Source of the DNA: Cenarchaeum sp.
Lineage (GTDB): Archaea > Thermoproteota > Nitrososphaeria > Nitrososphaerales > Nitrosopumilaceae
DNA length: 64,000 nt
Direction of reading: 5' to 3'
NCBI GenBank assembly: GCA_965212015.1
Contig: OZ243037.1
Span: 704,001 to 768,000, forward strand
Shown here: positions 40,575 through 51,700 of the stretch, piece after piece
Layout: every line of letters begins with the position of its first letter
How positions within the stretch are numbered: the stretch's first letter is position 1
The notes under the pieces: generated by a model
Databases searched by the model: none
What the model saw: only the letters and a program-made list of their open reading frames with translations
Told to the model about the DNA's origin: nothing
Program-made: the position numbers and the translations under genes

Positions 40575-40592
40575 AGAGCGCCCTCGGCGGGA
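40575..40592. repeat. att direct repeat (tRNA-distal copy)
   Basis: AGAGCGCCCTCGGCGGGA identical to 60255-60272, covering the tRNA-Asp 3' end. Confidence 0.93.
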
Positions 40593-40804
40593 GTCTGCAG
40601 CTCAAAGTCAACGCCCTGCATCAGACTACCAGAAAAACCGTCCAAATATCGTAATTTTTGCATGATTATACACGGAATACGTGTCTCATAAGGCTTTCCT
40701 TCTTTTTGCAGCTGTAGATCGCAAATTATTTGAGCAGATCTTGACTTTTTGTCAATATACAGATGACAAACACATTAAAACAGATCCTAGGTTATTATAT
40801 AATA

Positions 40805-42001
40805 ATGAAAAATCCGTTTACCCCAGGTTCCGGGTTGGATCCCCCGTATTTGGCCGGTCGTGATACTGAGATGGAAGAATTCTTGCAAATGCTGTACAAT
40901 ATCAAAAACGGAGATGTTGAAAACCTAATGATGTACGGAATTCGGGGGGTGGGAAAAACTGTTCTTTTGAACAAATTTGCTAAACTCTGTATCAAGGAGA
41001 ATTTTCTTCCCGTGACACAGTTTCAATACAGTGAACGGTTTGCAAGCTCGAAGGAATTTATTGGGATTTTCAAGCATGATCTGGATCATGCAATTAAGAC
41101 CTTTTCAAAGGTGGAAAAGACAAAGGGCAAGATTCAATCCACTGCCAAATATCTGAAACCTGCAGATATTGGAATGCCGGGAGTAATATCCTATAAGCCA
41201 TCATATGATTCGGATGACCAGACTCCGCTGATGCATCAGATCATAAACCATATGGATAAAAAATGGAGTGTCATCAAAAACAGCAACTATGACGGCGTGG
41301 TTTTTCTCTTTGATGAGTTTCATACCGTCTATGACATAAAGGAAAAACGGTATACACTTGCGGATTTTATCGGAGCCCTGAACGAGATACAGAGGAAGGG
41401 ACGCCCATATTCGGCAGTTCTGTGCGGCCTACCCACCCTTCCAATCAATCTCAAAGCGGCACGCTCTTATTCTGAAAGAATGTTCAAAACGATGCAAATA
41501 TCCAACCTTGATGAGAATGATGCCATAAAGGCGATCACCAAACCACTTGAAAAAACCGATTGGAGTTTTTCTGATGATCTGATATCTGCAATAGTGCAGG
41601 ATACTGACCGATACCCATATTTCATCCAGTTTTATTCCAAGGAGATCATCAACAGGGTTAGGAAAAAAGACATTGGGTTGGAAGATTATACGGTAGTCAA
41701 AGTACATATAATGAAAAAGCTGGGAAAGAGTTTTTTTGATCAGCGTATGGGATCTCTAACTGATCTACAAAAAAAATTATTATACACCATGGCCAAGTTG
41801 GAAAAAACTGATATGGCGTTTGGTTTAATCCATGAATCGACAAATATGGGTAAGGGAGTACTTGGAACGAATCTGCGCCGCCTGGAGGACAGGGGTACGG
41901 TCTACAAACAGGCACATGGAGTTTACCGGTTCTCCATACCTCTGTTTCGGACGTATCTTTTAGAGCAAATTCGATCTCAAAACCCATTCGAAATAGAATA
42001 A
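40805..42001 (+). CDS. AAA/STAND-like ATPase with C-terminal wHTH
   Basis: NPFTPGSG..PPYLAGR, GIRGVGKT, FLFDEF. Confidence 0.9.
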   Translation: MKNPFTPGSGLDPPYLAGRDTEMEEFLQMLYNIKNGDVENLMMYGIRGVGKTVLLNKFAKLCIKENFLPVTQFQYSERFASSKEFIGIFKHDLDHAIKTFSKVEKTKGKIQSTAKYLKPADIGMPGVISYKPSYDSDDQTPLMHQIINHMDKKWSVIKNSNYDGVVFLFDEFHTVYDIKEKRYTLADFIGALNEIQRKGRPYSAVLCGLPTLPINLKAARSYSERMFKTMQISNLDENDAIKAITKPLEKTDWSFSDDLISAIVQDTDRYPYFIQFYSKEIINRVRKKDIGLEDYTVVKVHIMKKLGKSFFDQRMGSLTDLQKKLLYTMAKLEKTDMAFGLIHESTNMGKGVLGTNLRRLEDRGTVYKQAHGVYRFSIPLFRTYLLEQIRSQNPFEIE

Positions 42002-42012
42002 AATCCGATCCT

Positions 42013-42690
42013 CCAAAAGTTGACAAAGTTCACAGAGTTGACAAATTGGGGATGCTAGTGGGCAGGTGTGGTGCAGTCTGTAAAGCCCGAATTGGAGCCA
42101 AAAGTTGACAAAGTTCACAGAGTTGACAAAGTTCACAGAGTTGACAAAGTTGACAAATTGGGGATGCTAGTGGGCAGGTGTGGTGCAGTCTGTAAAGCCC
42201 GAATTGGAGCCAAAAGTTGACAAAGTTCACAGAGTTGACAAAGTTCACAGAGTTGACAAAGTTGACAAATCGGGGATGCTAGTGGGCAGGTGTGGTGCAG
42301 TCTGTAAAGCCCGAATTGGAGCCAAAAGTTGACAAAGTTCACAGAGTTGACAAAGTTCACAGAGTTGACAAAGTTGACAAATCGGGGATGCTAGTGGGCA
42401 GGTGTGGTGCAGTCTGTAAAGCCCGAATTGGAGCCAAAAGTTGACAAAGTTCACAGAGTTGACAAAGTTCACAGAGTTGACAAAGTTGACAAATCGGGGA
42501 TGCTAGTGAGCAGGTGTGGTGCAGTCTGTAAAGCCCGAATTGGAGCCAAAAGTTGACAAAGTTCACAGAGTTGACAAAGTTGACAAATTGGGGATGCCTA
42601 GAAAGTTGGCAAATTCAGGAAAAACGCCCAGATGGGGATCTGGGCGCAAAGTAGACAAATCAGGAGAGGCTGCAAGGCCATAGGGTTCAG
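42013..42690. repeat. Tandem array of about 5 x 112 bp (module B) with nested 9-bp repeats
   Basis: GTCTGTAAAGCCCGAATTGGAGCC at 42076, 42188, 42300, 42412, 42524; unit is a 58-bp core plus six (A/G)AGTT(G/C)ACA nonamers. Confidence 0.97.
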
Positions 42691-42701
42691 AAATACATCT
42701 G

Positions 42702-42850
42702 CCTAGTATGAAAAAGTCTTCCAAAACCGACCCAGATTGACGCCTAGGCTCTGCCGGCAATGTCTCCAAAAATTCCTGACCAGTGCCAAAAGTTGGCAAA
42801 GTTGGCAAATCGGGAATGGTGCCCAGAAAGTTGGCAGATCAGGAATCTGA
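42702..42850. repeat. Module A copy 3 plus nonamer cluster
   Basis: Near-identical to 34059-34121, followed by AAGTTGGCA repeats. Confidence 0.92.
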
Positions 42851-42899
42851 GGAGCAAGATATGGCGGTGTTCATAAACCACGAATTGGTCCAAATCATC

Positions 42900-43544
42900 T
42901 TACTGGATTAGCTGTCGTTCGTATGTCTCTACAAGTTTTATTATGTCGTCATAGTAGACCTGGATTTTCTTTTCCAAGTGCTCTGTCAAATCCTTGCTAT
43001 GTGCAGGAATATTTCTGCACGACGCTAACTCGGACAATTTTACCCTTAATGCATCCTTGTCGTGAAATATGTTCTCAAAGTATTTCTTCCAGTTATTGTC
43101 GAATAATATCAACTGAAGATCTGAGAAATAGACCTCGTCTATGAGCTTATAGTCTGGGATTAGAAGAACTTTCTTGTATTTTTCGCCCCTTTGTTTCTCG
43201 ATTGCTACTTTTTCCTTTACTTTGGGGTGGATCTTGTTGTTCCACCAATCAGGATCATCCCTAGACAATTCCTGAACGATCAATTTGCGCATCTTGATCT
43301 CAAGACTTGAGATAAGATCCATGGAAGACATATAGGCCGTTTCTGTTCCTATGTACTTGACACGGCCTGATTGTTCGTCTTCGCATTTTACCTTTATGCC
43401 AAGATCATGCTTGGCATCCTTGGTTATAATCTCCTTGACGTAGCATGGAATCATATCCGGATTTTCATCTTCCTTGATCATGACTCGCATGCCGATCCTG
43501 ATATTGGCTCTGTAGTGTGGATCCTGGGATCCTTTTTGAATCAT
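42900..43544 (-). CDS. YwbE(DUF2196)-like domain fused to Swt1-like HEPN domain
   Basis: RANIRIG..V....VKEIITK...H..GIKV..ED...GRVK then LE..MR..I..WW..YFSDL..NW..F..RNIPAH. Confidence 0.75.
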   Translation of the reverse strand: MIQKGSQDPHYRANIRIGMRVMIKEDENPDMIPCYVKEIITKDAKHDLGIKVKCEDEQSGRVKYIGTETAYMSSMDLISSLEIKMRKLIVQELSRDDPDWWNNKIHPKVKEKVAIEKQRGEKYKKVLLIPDYKLIDEVYFSDLQLILFDNNWKKYFENIFHDKDALRVKLSELASCRNIPAHSKDLTEHLEKKIQVYYDDIIKLVETYERQLIQ

Positions 43545-43551
43545 CCTATTA

Positions 43552-46104
43552 TCACAGGTCGGATTCTGCTCCAATCTGCTTGAGAGTTTCTTTGATCGAA
43601 TCAATATTGTTCTTGGACATTTTTCCATCGGAAGCCATGACATGTAGCTTGAGGATATGATAATGACTTTCTATCATCAATAGCATTTGGCTTATGTTAT
43701 TGACCTGTCCTTCGGGAATATTGAATGTAAAATCAAGTTGTTGTTGATCCAATTCTGATGGTGGTTCGGATTTGGCATCGTGTGATCGTTGATGTGTTTC
43801 CAAATTTGCTTTGTCACTTGTCTTGTATCCACAATTACTGCACACATATTCCTCCTGTTCTTCCTTACAGAGTGATTCATGAATTAATAATTCTCCGGGC
43901 CCAAAGCTTACCAACACTGGTTTTTTGAATGATTTGACAACTAGCACACCATTTCTGTTTTCACCCAGTCCAAATTCCCCATTCAATACGCCATCGGATA
44001 TGGTCTTTTCAAGAACTGACTTGTTTACGGGTCTAAGCTCCCCTGGAACTGCCAGCATGGACTTGAGGAGATCCGACGTCTCGATGGTTTTTTTGTCTTG
44101 AAGATACTTGGTTTTCAATGTCAGCGCACCGATGACCGGATTTATCGCCTCTTTGTTCAAAAGATGTTCATACATTATGTGATCAATTCCGCTGTCTGTA
44201 ACCGGAGGAGGCCTTACCTGACTTGGTTCCAACCCATCACTTTCCGGTATGTACAACACGCTATAATAGTCATTTATCAGACTGCCGAGTCGCTCGTCTT
44301 CTTTTTTTAGTTCGTGTGAAAGTGTAGCTGATTGTTCCCTATTTAACCGGATATATTGATCTTCCTTGATTTTCTCCCATGCTATCTTGCTCTTGAGTGA
44401 CTCCATGAATTGCCTCTTCTCGGCATCAGAGGGAACCAGAAAAAACACATTGTTCCTATAAGTACGATCGGATTCACCAACTCTGTCATATATCTGATGG
44501 ATTAGATCCTGGTCATCTTTCTTCATTATGACCAGCTTGAGCTGCGCCAAATCTTCTATGTCTTTCGAATTAGATGGCCAAAGAATTGTTCGTAATTCTC
44601 TAGTTCCGCCTATGCGTTTTTTGATTAGGTTCTTTTCTGCCTCATCTATGTCATTTTGCTTAAGATTGTCCATCACATCTACTTTGATCTTCAGTATGTT
44701 GGCCTCCTTGGTAAACATGTATCTGTCATTTGTCACAGTCAAATAGAACAGATTGTTTCTAAACAAATTCAATATGCCGCTTATCTGTGCTGCTGGAATA
44801 TCACGATCACATGTTGCTCTCTTTATCTCTGCCTCTGTAGCTCCGTTGATCTCCGCCCCACCCGAATGAGTGTACATAAAAATTGCCGCGGCCGCCCGCG
44901 TTCCGAGTGTTTTGCCACGAAATTGATCCGGAACCATTTCATTAACCCTGTATGCGCCGGATCCTTTTCCCACCATGTCCTTTGCAATCACGCCATTAAA
45001 CTCTGGCTCGTTTATGTAACCTACAAGCTCTTGTCGGATCGCATCATTGCTCAAGTCAAAGTCTCCTAGACTGATAAACTGTTTATCGGTTTTGGACAGT
45101 GAACCTACAACTAGGGATAACAGACGAAGGACTCCTCTAGTTCTCTGAAAGCGCCCTATTGTACCCCATCGATGATACAATACATTGATCACTTGGGGAA
45201 GAAATGGATAGCTGTTGAGGAATTCTTTTCGATATTCTGATACATGTTTTCCTTCAGGGATCAATTTCTCGTTGTCACAATAATCTACAAAATCTTTTAC
45301 AACTCCTTCTGCCCTTTCACGAATCTCAGCATCTGGAGTAGAAAACAGTCTCTGCCTGATTATTCGCGGAACGTCCTCATCAGATACCGGAGTTATGCTA
45401 TCTTTGGTTCTTCCCGCCACTTTTACCAGCATTTCGTACAGCTTGGCTGATCGTTCATCATCAAGCTGTTCATTTGCGCTGGACGGTAGTGTGGCCACAA
45501 CACATACGTTGTCCAAGTTTTTCACTGCTTCGCTGAGCTCATGCACGAATGCAATAGTGAGAATTGCAAGTGTGGTATTGTTTATTTTGACTCCTTCTGC
45601 TCTGACAACATACTGTAGTAATTCATCGATCAAGATCAGGATCGGCCTGTCTTGTTCTTCTAGCATCTTTCTAAGCTCTTCACTGCCATGCGAAACCCGT
45701 TCTTTGAATCGATTTATTTTACCAGTCAGTTGTTCTTCGATCATTCCCCAAAGTGTTTGTTCATTTGGATTCAATTTGGTGCCTACCAAAACTACCGGTT
45801 TGACATTCCATTCAGCACATTTGTGATACAATGCGATGAGTGTGTGTGTCTTACCCCCTCCGAATGGAGTATGTATGGATCGAAAATGTCCTCCACCGCG
45901 TCCGTCAAGTCGATCTTTTACAGAATCAAGTATCTTCGTCAGGTTACTTGTCAGATATGTTTTCTCAAAAAATGTCTTGGCATCGACATATTCGTCACGG
46001 CCCTTACCTATATGAACATCCCATAGATCTGCTGCATATACCTCGGCCGAATAATTGGCAGAAAGGATGTCTTGATGGGGTACTGCAATCTGATGAAATG
46101 CCAT
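43552..46104 (-). CDS. DUF499 family ATPase
   Basis: PHQDI, FFEKTYLT, TPFGGGKTH, LIDEL, YPFLP, FQRTRGVLRLL. Confidence 0.93.
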   Translation of the reverse strand: MAFHQIAVPHQDILSANYSAEVYAADLWDVHIGKGRDEYVDAKTFFEKTYLTSNLTKILDSVKDRLDGRGGGHFRSIHTPFGGGKTHTLIALYHKCAEWNVKPVVLVGTKLNPNEQTLWGMIEEQLTGKINRFKERVSHGSEELRKMLEEQDRPILILIDELLQYVVRAEGVKINNTTLAILTIAFVHELSEAVKNLDNVCVVATLPSSANEQLDDERSAKLYEMLVKVAGRTKDSITPVSDEDVPRIIRQRLFSTPDAEIRERAEGVVKDFVDYCDNEKLIPEGKHVSEYRKEFLNSYPFLPQVINVLYHRWGTIGRFQRTRGVLRLLSLVVGSLSKTDKQFISLGDFDLSNDAIRQELVGYINEPEFNGVIAKDMVGKGSGAYRVNEMVPDQFRGKTLGTRAAAAIFMYTHSGGAEINGATEAEIKRATCDRDIPAAQISGILNLFRNNLFYLTVTNDRYMFTKEANILKIKVDVMDNLKQNDIDEAEKNLIKKRIGGTRELRTILWPSNSKDIEDLAQLKLVIMKKDDQDLIHQIYDRVGESDRTYRNNVFFLVPSDAEKRQFMESLKSKIAWEKIKEDQYIRLNREQSATLSHELKKEDERLGSLINDYYSVLYIPESDGLEPSQVRPPPVTDSGIDHIMYEHLLNKEAINPVIGALTLKTKYLQDKKTIETSDLLKSMLAVPGELRPVNKSVLEKTISDGVLNGEFGLGENRNGVLVVKSFKKPVLVSFGPGELLIHESLCKEEQEEYVCSNCGYKTSDKANLETHQRSHDAKSEPPSELDQQQLDFTFNIPEGQVNNISQMLLMIESHYHILKLHVMASDGKMSKNNIDSIKETLKQIGAESDL

Positions 46105-46127
46105 AATGTCTTTTGAGAAAGGCCGGG

Positions 46128-48785
46128 TTAAAATATCTTGGTCTGATCTGGGTCATGTGATACGCCAAGAGAGCCTGTAAACATCCCATCAATCCAGATC
46201 TTCTCCTTACTTGCAGAGTCAGATAGTGACTCGGAGATGGCCTGTGCTACCCGTTTTAGAACCTCACTGTGCTTGTATCCTTTGGATGTCAGGAATTTCT
46301 CTGATTCTTCTGTCATTTGATTCCTCCACAGTATAAGGGCATGATGCAATATGTCTATCAGCTCACCAGAATCTTTCAAATTCTCGGATTCCCTCTCATC
46401 TGGGCCCGCCATATGCACGTATTCCTTGTCTTTTCTGATAAATCCTTTGTCCAACTCTTGTGTTAGATCAATTCCGACACTGTGTGCAAGCTTTAATGCA
46501 TCATCAAATGGTGCCTTGGCATCACCATGTGCCCATCTCCATAGTATGTAAAACCGAGTTAAAGGCGATATCTTGCCAGCAAACTCGCCTCGTATTACCT
46601 TGTCTATTGCATAATTGGTTACCATAGTTCTTGTGTCTTCAAGCAATTTCAAGATGGGTACATCTTTATCCTGGTTGTCTATGACCTTGTCATATTTTCC
46701 GTACACTTCTATGGCAGATCCTATAGATGCAATAAAAAAATCAGCGCCCGCGATCTTCTCATTCCATAACTGATCTAGCTTTTTGTCAAGATATTGTTTT
46801 AGATCCCGCCTTATGTCTTGATAGAATCCTACTGGTTTCCTTTTCCATTTTCTGCACACCATATATATCGATGATAATAATGCAGCTGATTTGTTGGATC
46901 TCAATCTGCTTTTCATTTCCGTATGTATTGGCCATGCGGCTGTAACTACCAAACCAGCTTGAAGCAATGATTCAATTAATGTTTCCCAGCCATCAATGGA
47001 TTTGTGTGCATATACTATCACTGCTATGCCATTTGGTTTTAGAACTCGATGGATCTCTTGGAATGATTTTGCCAATGTTTCTTGAAAGAATTTTTTACCT
47101 GCTTCTATTCCACCAGGCCCGTTAGAGTACGTTACAATCTCATCACTCTTGGGAGTCAAAGGCGTTGAAAACATATCTGAAAATCTACTACCCATTATCC
47201 TCTTAAGCCACACGTAAAAGAAATCCGATAGATGAGAGTATGGAATATTGTCGTAATATGGTGGATCCGTAATCACTGCATCAAAGAACTCATTGGAGAA
47301 CGGCAATGCGGTAGCCGATGTACATTTTACGACTGCCGGTTTGGCGTCTATAATCGACAAATGCTCTAGCACTCCTAGAACCCATTTCTCCATGTTTGGC
47401 CAACCTATGCTAGTAAATGGATTAATTTCCGTATAGTCCCATATCATAGGTAATGCCAGACGACTAAAAATCTGTTCTACATTTTCTCTCGCCACATTAT
47501 ATCGAGCTAAATTAACATTCTTTGCTACAAGACGATCAAATATTATTCCCAGATATGGTAGAGTTTGTACATATTTGGGCGAATTTTCCTTCTCTATCAT
47601 TTTTGCAGCCTCGAGAATTTTTTCTACAAATGTAAGTTGAACGAGTTTTTGTCTATCGTTAAATAAATCTCCCCATGTATTCATATTATATAGTCTAATA
47701 GAAAATGCTCGTTCAGCACCACTACCTTTTCCTTCGGGAGTGGATTCATTTGGTATTAGATCAACACCATATTTTTGTTGGATTCTTCTTTGTTTTTTCT
47801 TTAATGTCTGCCGAGCTTTTACAAACACATCTAGATGATTTTTGGTTGCAATCTTGTATGTTTTACCGGATCTCTCTTTGTTATTGATTATCACAACATT
47901 CATGTTTTCAGTATTTTCATTATTAGTAAATAGTGCCTTAACTCTGTCACCATCCATTCTATGACCGCATATCAAACAACTAGCCTTACCTCTGGATATC
48001 GTTCCCCTTTGTGGATCAAAATCTTGGGGAATTTCATCCTTTCCATATTCTGCAATCTTGAATGAGATCTTTTTGTTCTGAACAGAGGGCAGTAATACAA
48101 TTTTTTTATTCCGAGTTCTAACCAACCAAAATTGCATCATTAGAGGAATAGTTGCACCACATCTAGGATTTTGGCAAGGAATACATCTTGACCACATATA
48201 TCCTACAGGCTCTCCTTCTTTTTCAGTTGGAAAGAATGCTGCAAGATCTTTTTTTGCTTCTTCCAATACCCATTGACTCCATTTTTTTACACATATGATC
48301 AGAGGTGAATCCTCATGTTGTTTATGACCGTGATTTTGCATCCCTCCCAGAAACGGATATTCTATGGCAGCTTTCACGATCAGACTGGCTACAGGGTTAT
48401 AATCTGATGCATATGTCTCACATCCCAATCGTAGAGCTTCTAGTGGTATACTCCCTCCTCCTGCAAACGGGTCAAGCACTCTAGGTGGTGTCTTGTTGTA
48501 ATCCATTATGCGTTTTCTTGCTCTGTCTACCAATTCGGAACGTATTGGATTTGACCACCTTGACAGTTCGGCAATCTCTTGCTTTAGGGTTTCCACTTCC
48601 TTCTTATTCTTTGGAGCAGGAATTAGTGATGCATATATGGTTGCCCGTGACGCTGCAAGAGGACGCCTTGCCCACCACAAATGCATGGTGGATATGTGTC
48701 CATGTCTTACGCTCTTGTCTCTAATTGATTCCTCACTGACCTTCTCAACTGGAAAATGTTCTTCGATGAATCGCCTTTCTGTCAT
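46128..48785 (-). CDS. DUF1156-containing amino-DNA methyltransferase
   Basis: HLWWARRPLA, DPFAGGGSIP, TDPPYYDN, Zn-ribbon insert. Confidence 0.93.
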   Translation of the reverse strand: MTERRFIEEHFPVEKVSEESIRDKSVRHGHISTMHLWWARRPLAASRATIYASLIPAPKNKKEVETLKQEIAELSRWSNPIRSELVDRARKRIMDYNKTPPRVLDPFAGGGSIPLEALRLGCETYASDYNPVASLIVKAAIEYPFLGGMQNHGHKQHEDSPLIICVKKWSQWVLEEAKKDLAAFFPTEKEGEPVGYMWSRCIPCQNPRCGATIPLMMQFWLVRTRNKKIVLLPSVQNKKISFKIAEYGKDEIPQDFDPQRGTISRGKASCLICGHRMDGDRVKALFTNNENTENMNVVIINNKERSGKTYKIATKNHLDVFVKARQTLKKKQRRIQQKYGVDLIPNESTPEGKGSGAERAFSIRLYNMNTWGDLFNDRQKLVQLTFVEKILEAAKMIEKENSPKYVQTLPYLGIIFDRLVAKNVNLARYNVARENVEQIFSRLALPMIWDYTEINPFTSIGWPNMEKWVLGVLEHLSIIDAKPAVVKCTSATALPFSNEFFDAVITDPPYYDNIPYSHLSDFFYVWLKRIMGSRFSDMFSTPLTPKSDEIVTYSNGPGGIEAGKKFFQETLAKSFQEIHRVLKPNGIAVIVYAHKSIDGWETLIESLLQAGLVVTAAWPIHTEMKSRLRSNKSAALLSSIYMVCRKWKRKPVGFYQDIRRDLKQYLDKKLDQLWNEKIAGADFFIASIGSAIEVYGKYDKVIDNQDKDVPILKLLEDTRTMVTNYAIDKVIRGEFAGKISPLTRFYILWRWAHGDAKAPFDDALKLAHSVGIDLTQELDKGFIRKDKEYVHMAGPDERESENLKDSGELIDILHHALILWRNQMTEESEKFLTSKGYKHSEVLKRVAQAISESLSDSASKEKIWIDGMFTGSLGVSHDPDQTKIF

Positions 48786-51700
48786 GTAGATTTTTCCCGT
48801 ATCACTTCAGTGTCAACTATGTAATGTACGTCCTTCTTTGGGTTTATGGTGTGAGCCGGATCTTGGATTACTCTGGGCACCATATCAGTTTCTGGATGAT
48901 CCTTGGTGTTCCAGACCACGTACAGGTAATAGTCTGTTCCCAGATGCAGTGCCTTGAACCATTCATTGCGGGTGAGGGCTACCCTTCCCTCCTTGTGGCG
49001 ACCCTTTACTTCGATGTATCGAATCCCCCCATCACCAGTAGATTTTATGTCATATCCTAGACCTATGGTTTTTGATACGTCAGTAGGTTCCCTGCCATGT
49101 GCCCTCTCAAATTCCATGGCAGCCCTCATGGCAACCATTTCAGATTCCGTATTTTCTCTCATAGCATCAGGGATTACATCGGATGGTATCACTTTGATTA
49201 TTCCAAGAAATGTGGGCGTGCTAATTGTCAAATTTTTCTCTCTTTTTATGAGGTCTTCAAGGCGCTGCTTGCTGTCAATATACTGTCTCTGTCTTTCCTC
49301 CTTGCGCCTTATTGCAATGTCTACATTCTCCCCTTGTCTACGTCTTTCTCGAAGTGACAACAGATCCGCATCATGATCGTGGATAAGTTTCTGCATAGAC
49401 CGGATTCCATATTTTTCCTTGATCTGTGCCTGTCTCTCCCTTTCGTCTAGCAGTTCCTTTTGATAGTCCCTGAGTGTGGCTATTACCCCTGTTTGCACTG
49501 TAGCTTTCTGGCCCACTAGATCTACTGGTTCTGTATGTCCTCCTATCGAATCATCCAGATCCCACAGGATCGTAGTGGGTATGTGCTCTGCCGTGCCAGT
49601 TGCCGCATCCACATAATACGAGAACAGTCGCTTGCCTGCTATGCGTCCCGTACCATCCTGGATGATTCCCTCAAAGAACAACACCGTGCCGTTTAGCTGT
49701 CCAGAATGGTCCACAAACGTGGCTCCTCGTTGTAGGTTGGTGGTAAACTCCTTCGAGATCCACTCCAATACGGCCTCAAAGAGTGGATGTCCGAATGTAA
49801 GAAATTCAGCATCTTGATCCTTTGCACTGACCTCCTTACCGAAGGTTATCTTTCGGTATCCACTCTGTAATGTTCCAAATGATCTCCTGAAGTGATCCTC
49901 TCTTGCAATATTGCGAATCTGGTATGGAATAGAATCTATCGCATACAGTCCTCCCTGTCTAATTCTTATCTTGCCTTCAGCTTTGGCAAATGCTTTGATG
50001 AAAAAATCTGATGTATATTCAGGCATTAGTCTATTCTCTCTGGCCACCTCTTTAATGTCTCCAATCTTACGAAAATCTATGTTGCGGGTTGCTAGCGTGT
50101 CTGTCAAATTTTCCCTGATCTTTCGAATATAATCGTGATCTACAGTAATCTCCATCTCTTTTAGAACTTCTTCTTCTGTCTTTGCACCCATTGCTGCGTC
50201 TGACAATAGCTGCGCAAGATCCCGCCCATGGTATATGTCTCCTATTATATCATACACACGGTCACTACCCATTTTGGATCGTATTTCGGCCAGTTTTTCA
50301 AATAATCTCCTAAAGATCCTTCCCTCTATGGTATCTTGGGCCATCAGGTTGTAGACGAATACTTCGTATTTTTGTCCATATCTGTGGATTCTTCCCATCC
50401 TTTGTTCCAGTCTGTTTGGATTCCATGGTATGTCATAGTTTATCATTAGGTGGCAAAATTGCAAATTTATACCCTCTCCTGCAGCCTCTGTCGCAATCAT
50501 TACTCTGCTTTGATTCTTGAATGTCTTCTCTGCCTCTATCCTTTCGGCCAATTTCATGCCACCATGAATAGTGCTTACCATGTGACCCCAACTGATGACT
50601 CGTTTCTTGAGATACTCTAATGTATCCCTTGATTCCGTAAAGATGAGAATCTTGTCATTTACATGCTTTCTGTCAAGCTCCTCCATGGTTTGTTTGAGTG
50701 CCTTTAATTTTATTTCATGTTCACCATCAATCACGTCCTTGGCAACACCAATTAGCTCCTCTATCGTATGAATCTCTTTTCTGAGTTCATCCCTGTTCTC
50801 TGCTATGCTAAGAGTTTCCCATATTTGTTCGTGCTTCCACCTATCTTCCTCGCTCATATCTTCTACTTCTTCAAAGTCGACTACATTGGGCGCAGTCTGT
50901 TTAGATCTCTCAAAGTCTTTGAGCAGAACTGATAATCTGTCCCTCCTGCGCTGAAGTGATCTCCAAAGTGCAAAGCTACTGGATGCTAGTCGACGTTGAA
51001 GTACTATAACCGCAAACCCTATGTTTCTCTTCTTGTCTGGTGACAAGGCCTTGTTGAATTGGTTCCTGACGTATTCGGTCACACTTCTATACAGATCACG
51101 TTCTGGATTAGACAAACTGTAAGCCGGTGTAGAAACATGTCTGGGCAGGAATAAAGGCTTGCCATCAAAATCTTTCATGTCTTCCTTGATCTGTCTTAAG
51201 AAAAGCGTATTCTCGTCTTTTTTCAATGACTCCTCTAGCATCTCCGTGGTGGCAAAAAATCCAGGCTCCAGCAAATCTAGGAAAAGTCGAAAATTCTCAT
51301 TATCTCCTTTATGAGGTGTAGCTGTAAGGAATAACAAATGCTCCGAGTTAGTCGACAGTATCTCACCCAGTCTATATCTACTGGTTTTGGTAACTTTGTC
51401 GCCGTACCTGTACGCGGCCATCTTGTGAGCCTCATCTACTATAACTAGATCAAATTGAGCCGTCTGCATAGATGAAGCAACTTCTTCTCTCTTGGCAAAA
51501 TCTATCGATGTGATGAGCTGATTTTCCTTGTGCCAGACATTCTCTCCGTACAAAGCGTCTGTAGTTCCTCTGTCGGCGATCACGAACGACTCTTCAAATT
51601 TATCCTTCAACTCACGTCGCCATTGATCCTTGAGGTGTCCTGGTACGACAATCAATATTCTCCTTGCCAAGTGCCTCAGTTTCAGCTCTTTGATTATGAG

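Noticed and set aside
39525-40611. 343-aa and 317-aa repetitive ORFs on the minus strand
   Set aside because: They are by-products of a stop-free 48-bp unit and of the non-coding repeat modules
39660-42001. Type III toxin-antitoxin locus (repeat RNA plus toxin)
   Set aside because: The downstream gene is an ATPase rather than ToxN/CptN/TenpN, and the att site separates it from the array
42030-42808. CQLCEL-type Cys-repeat ORFs
   Set aside because: These are translations of the 9-bp nonamers; the 112-bp period shifts frame every unit
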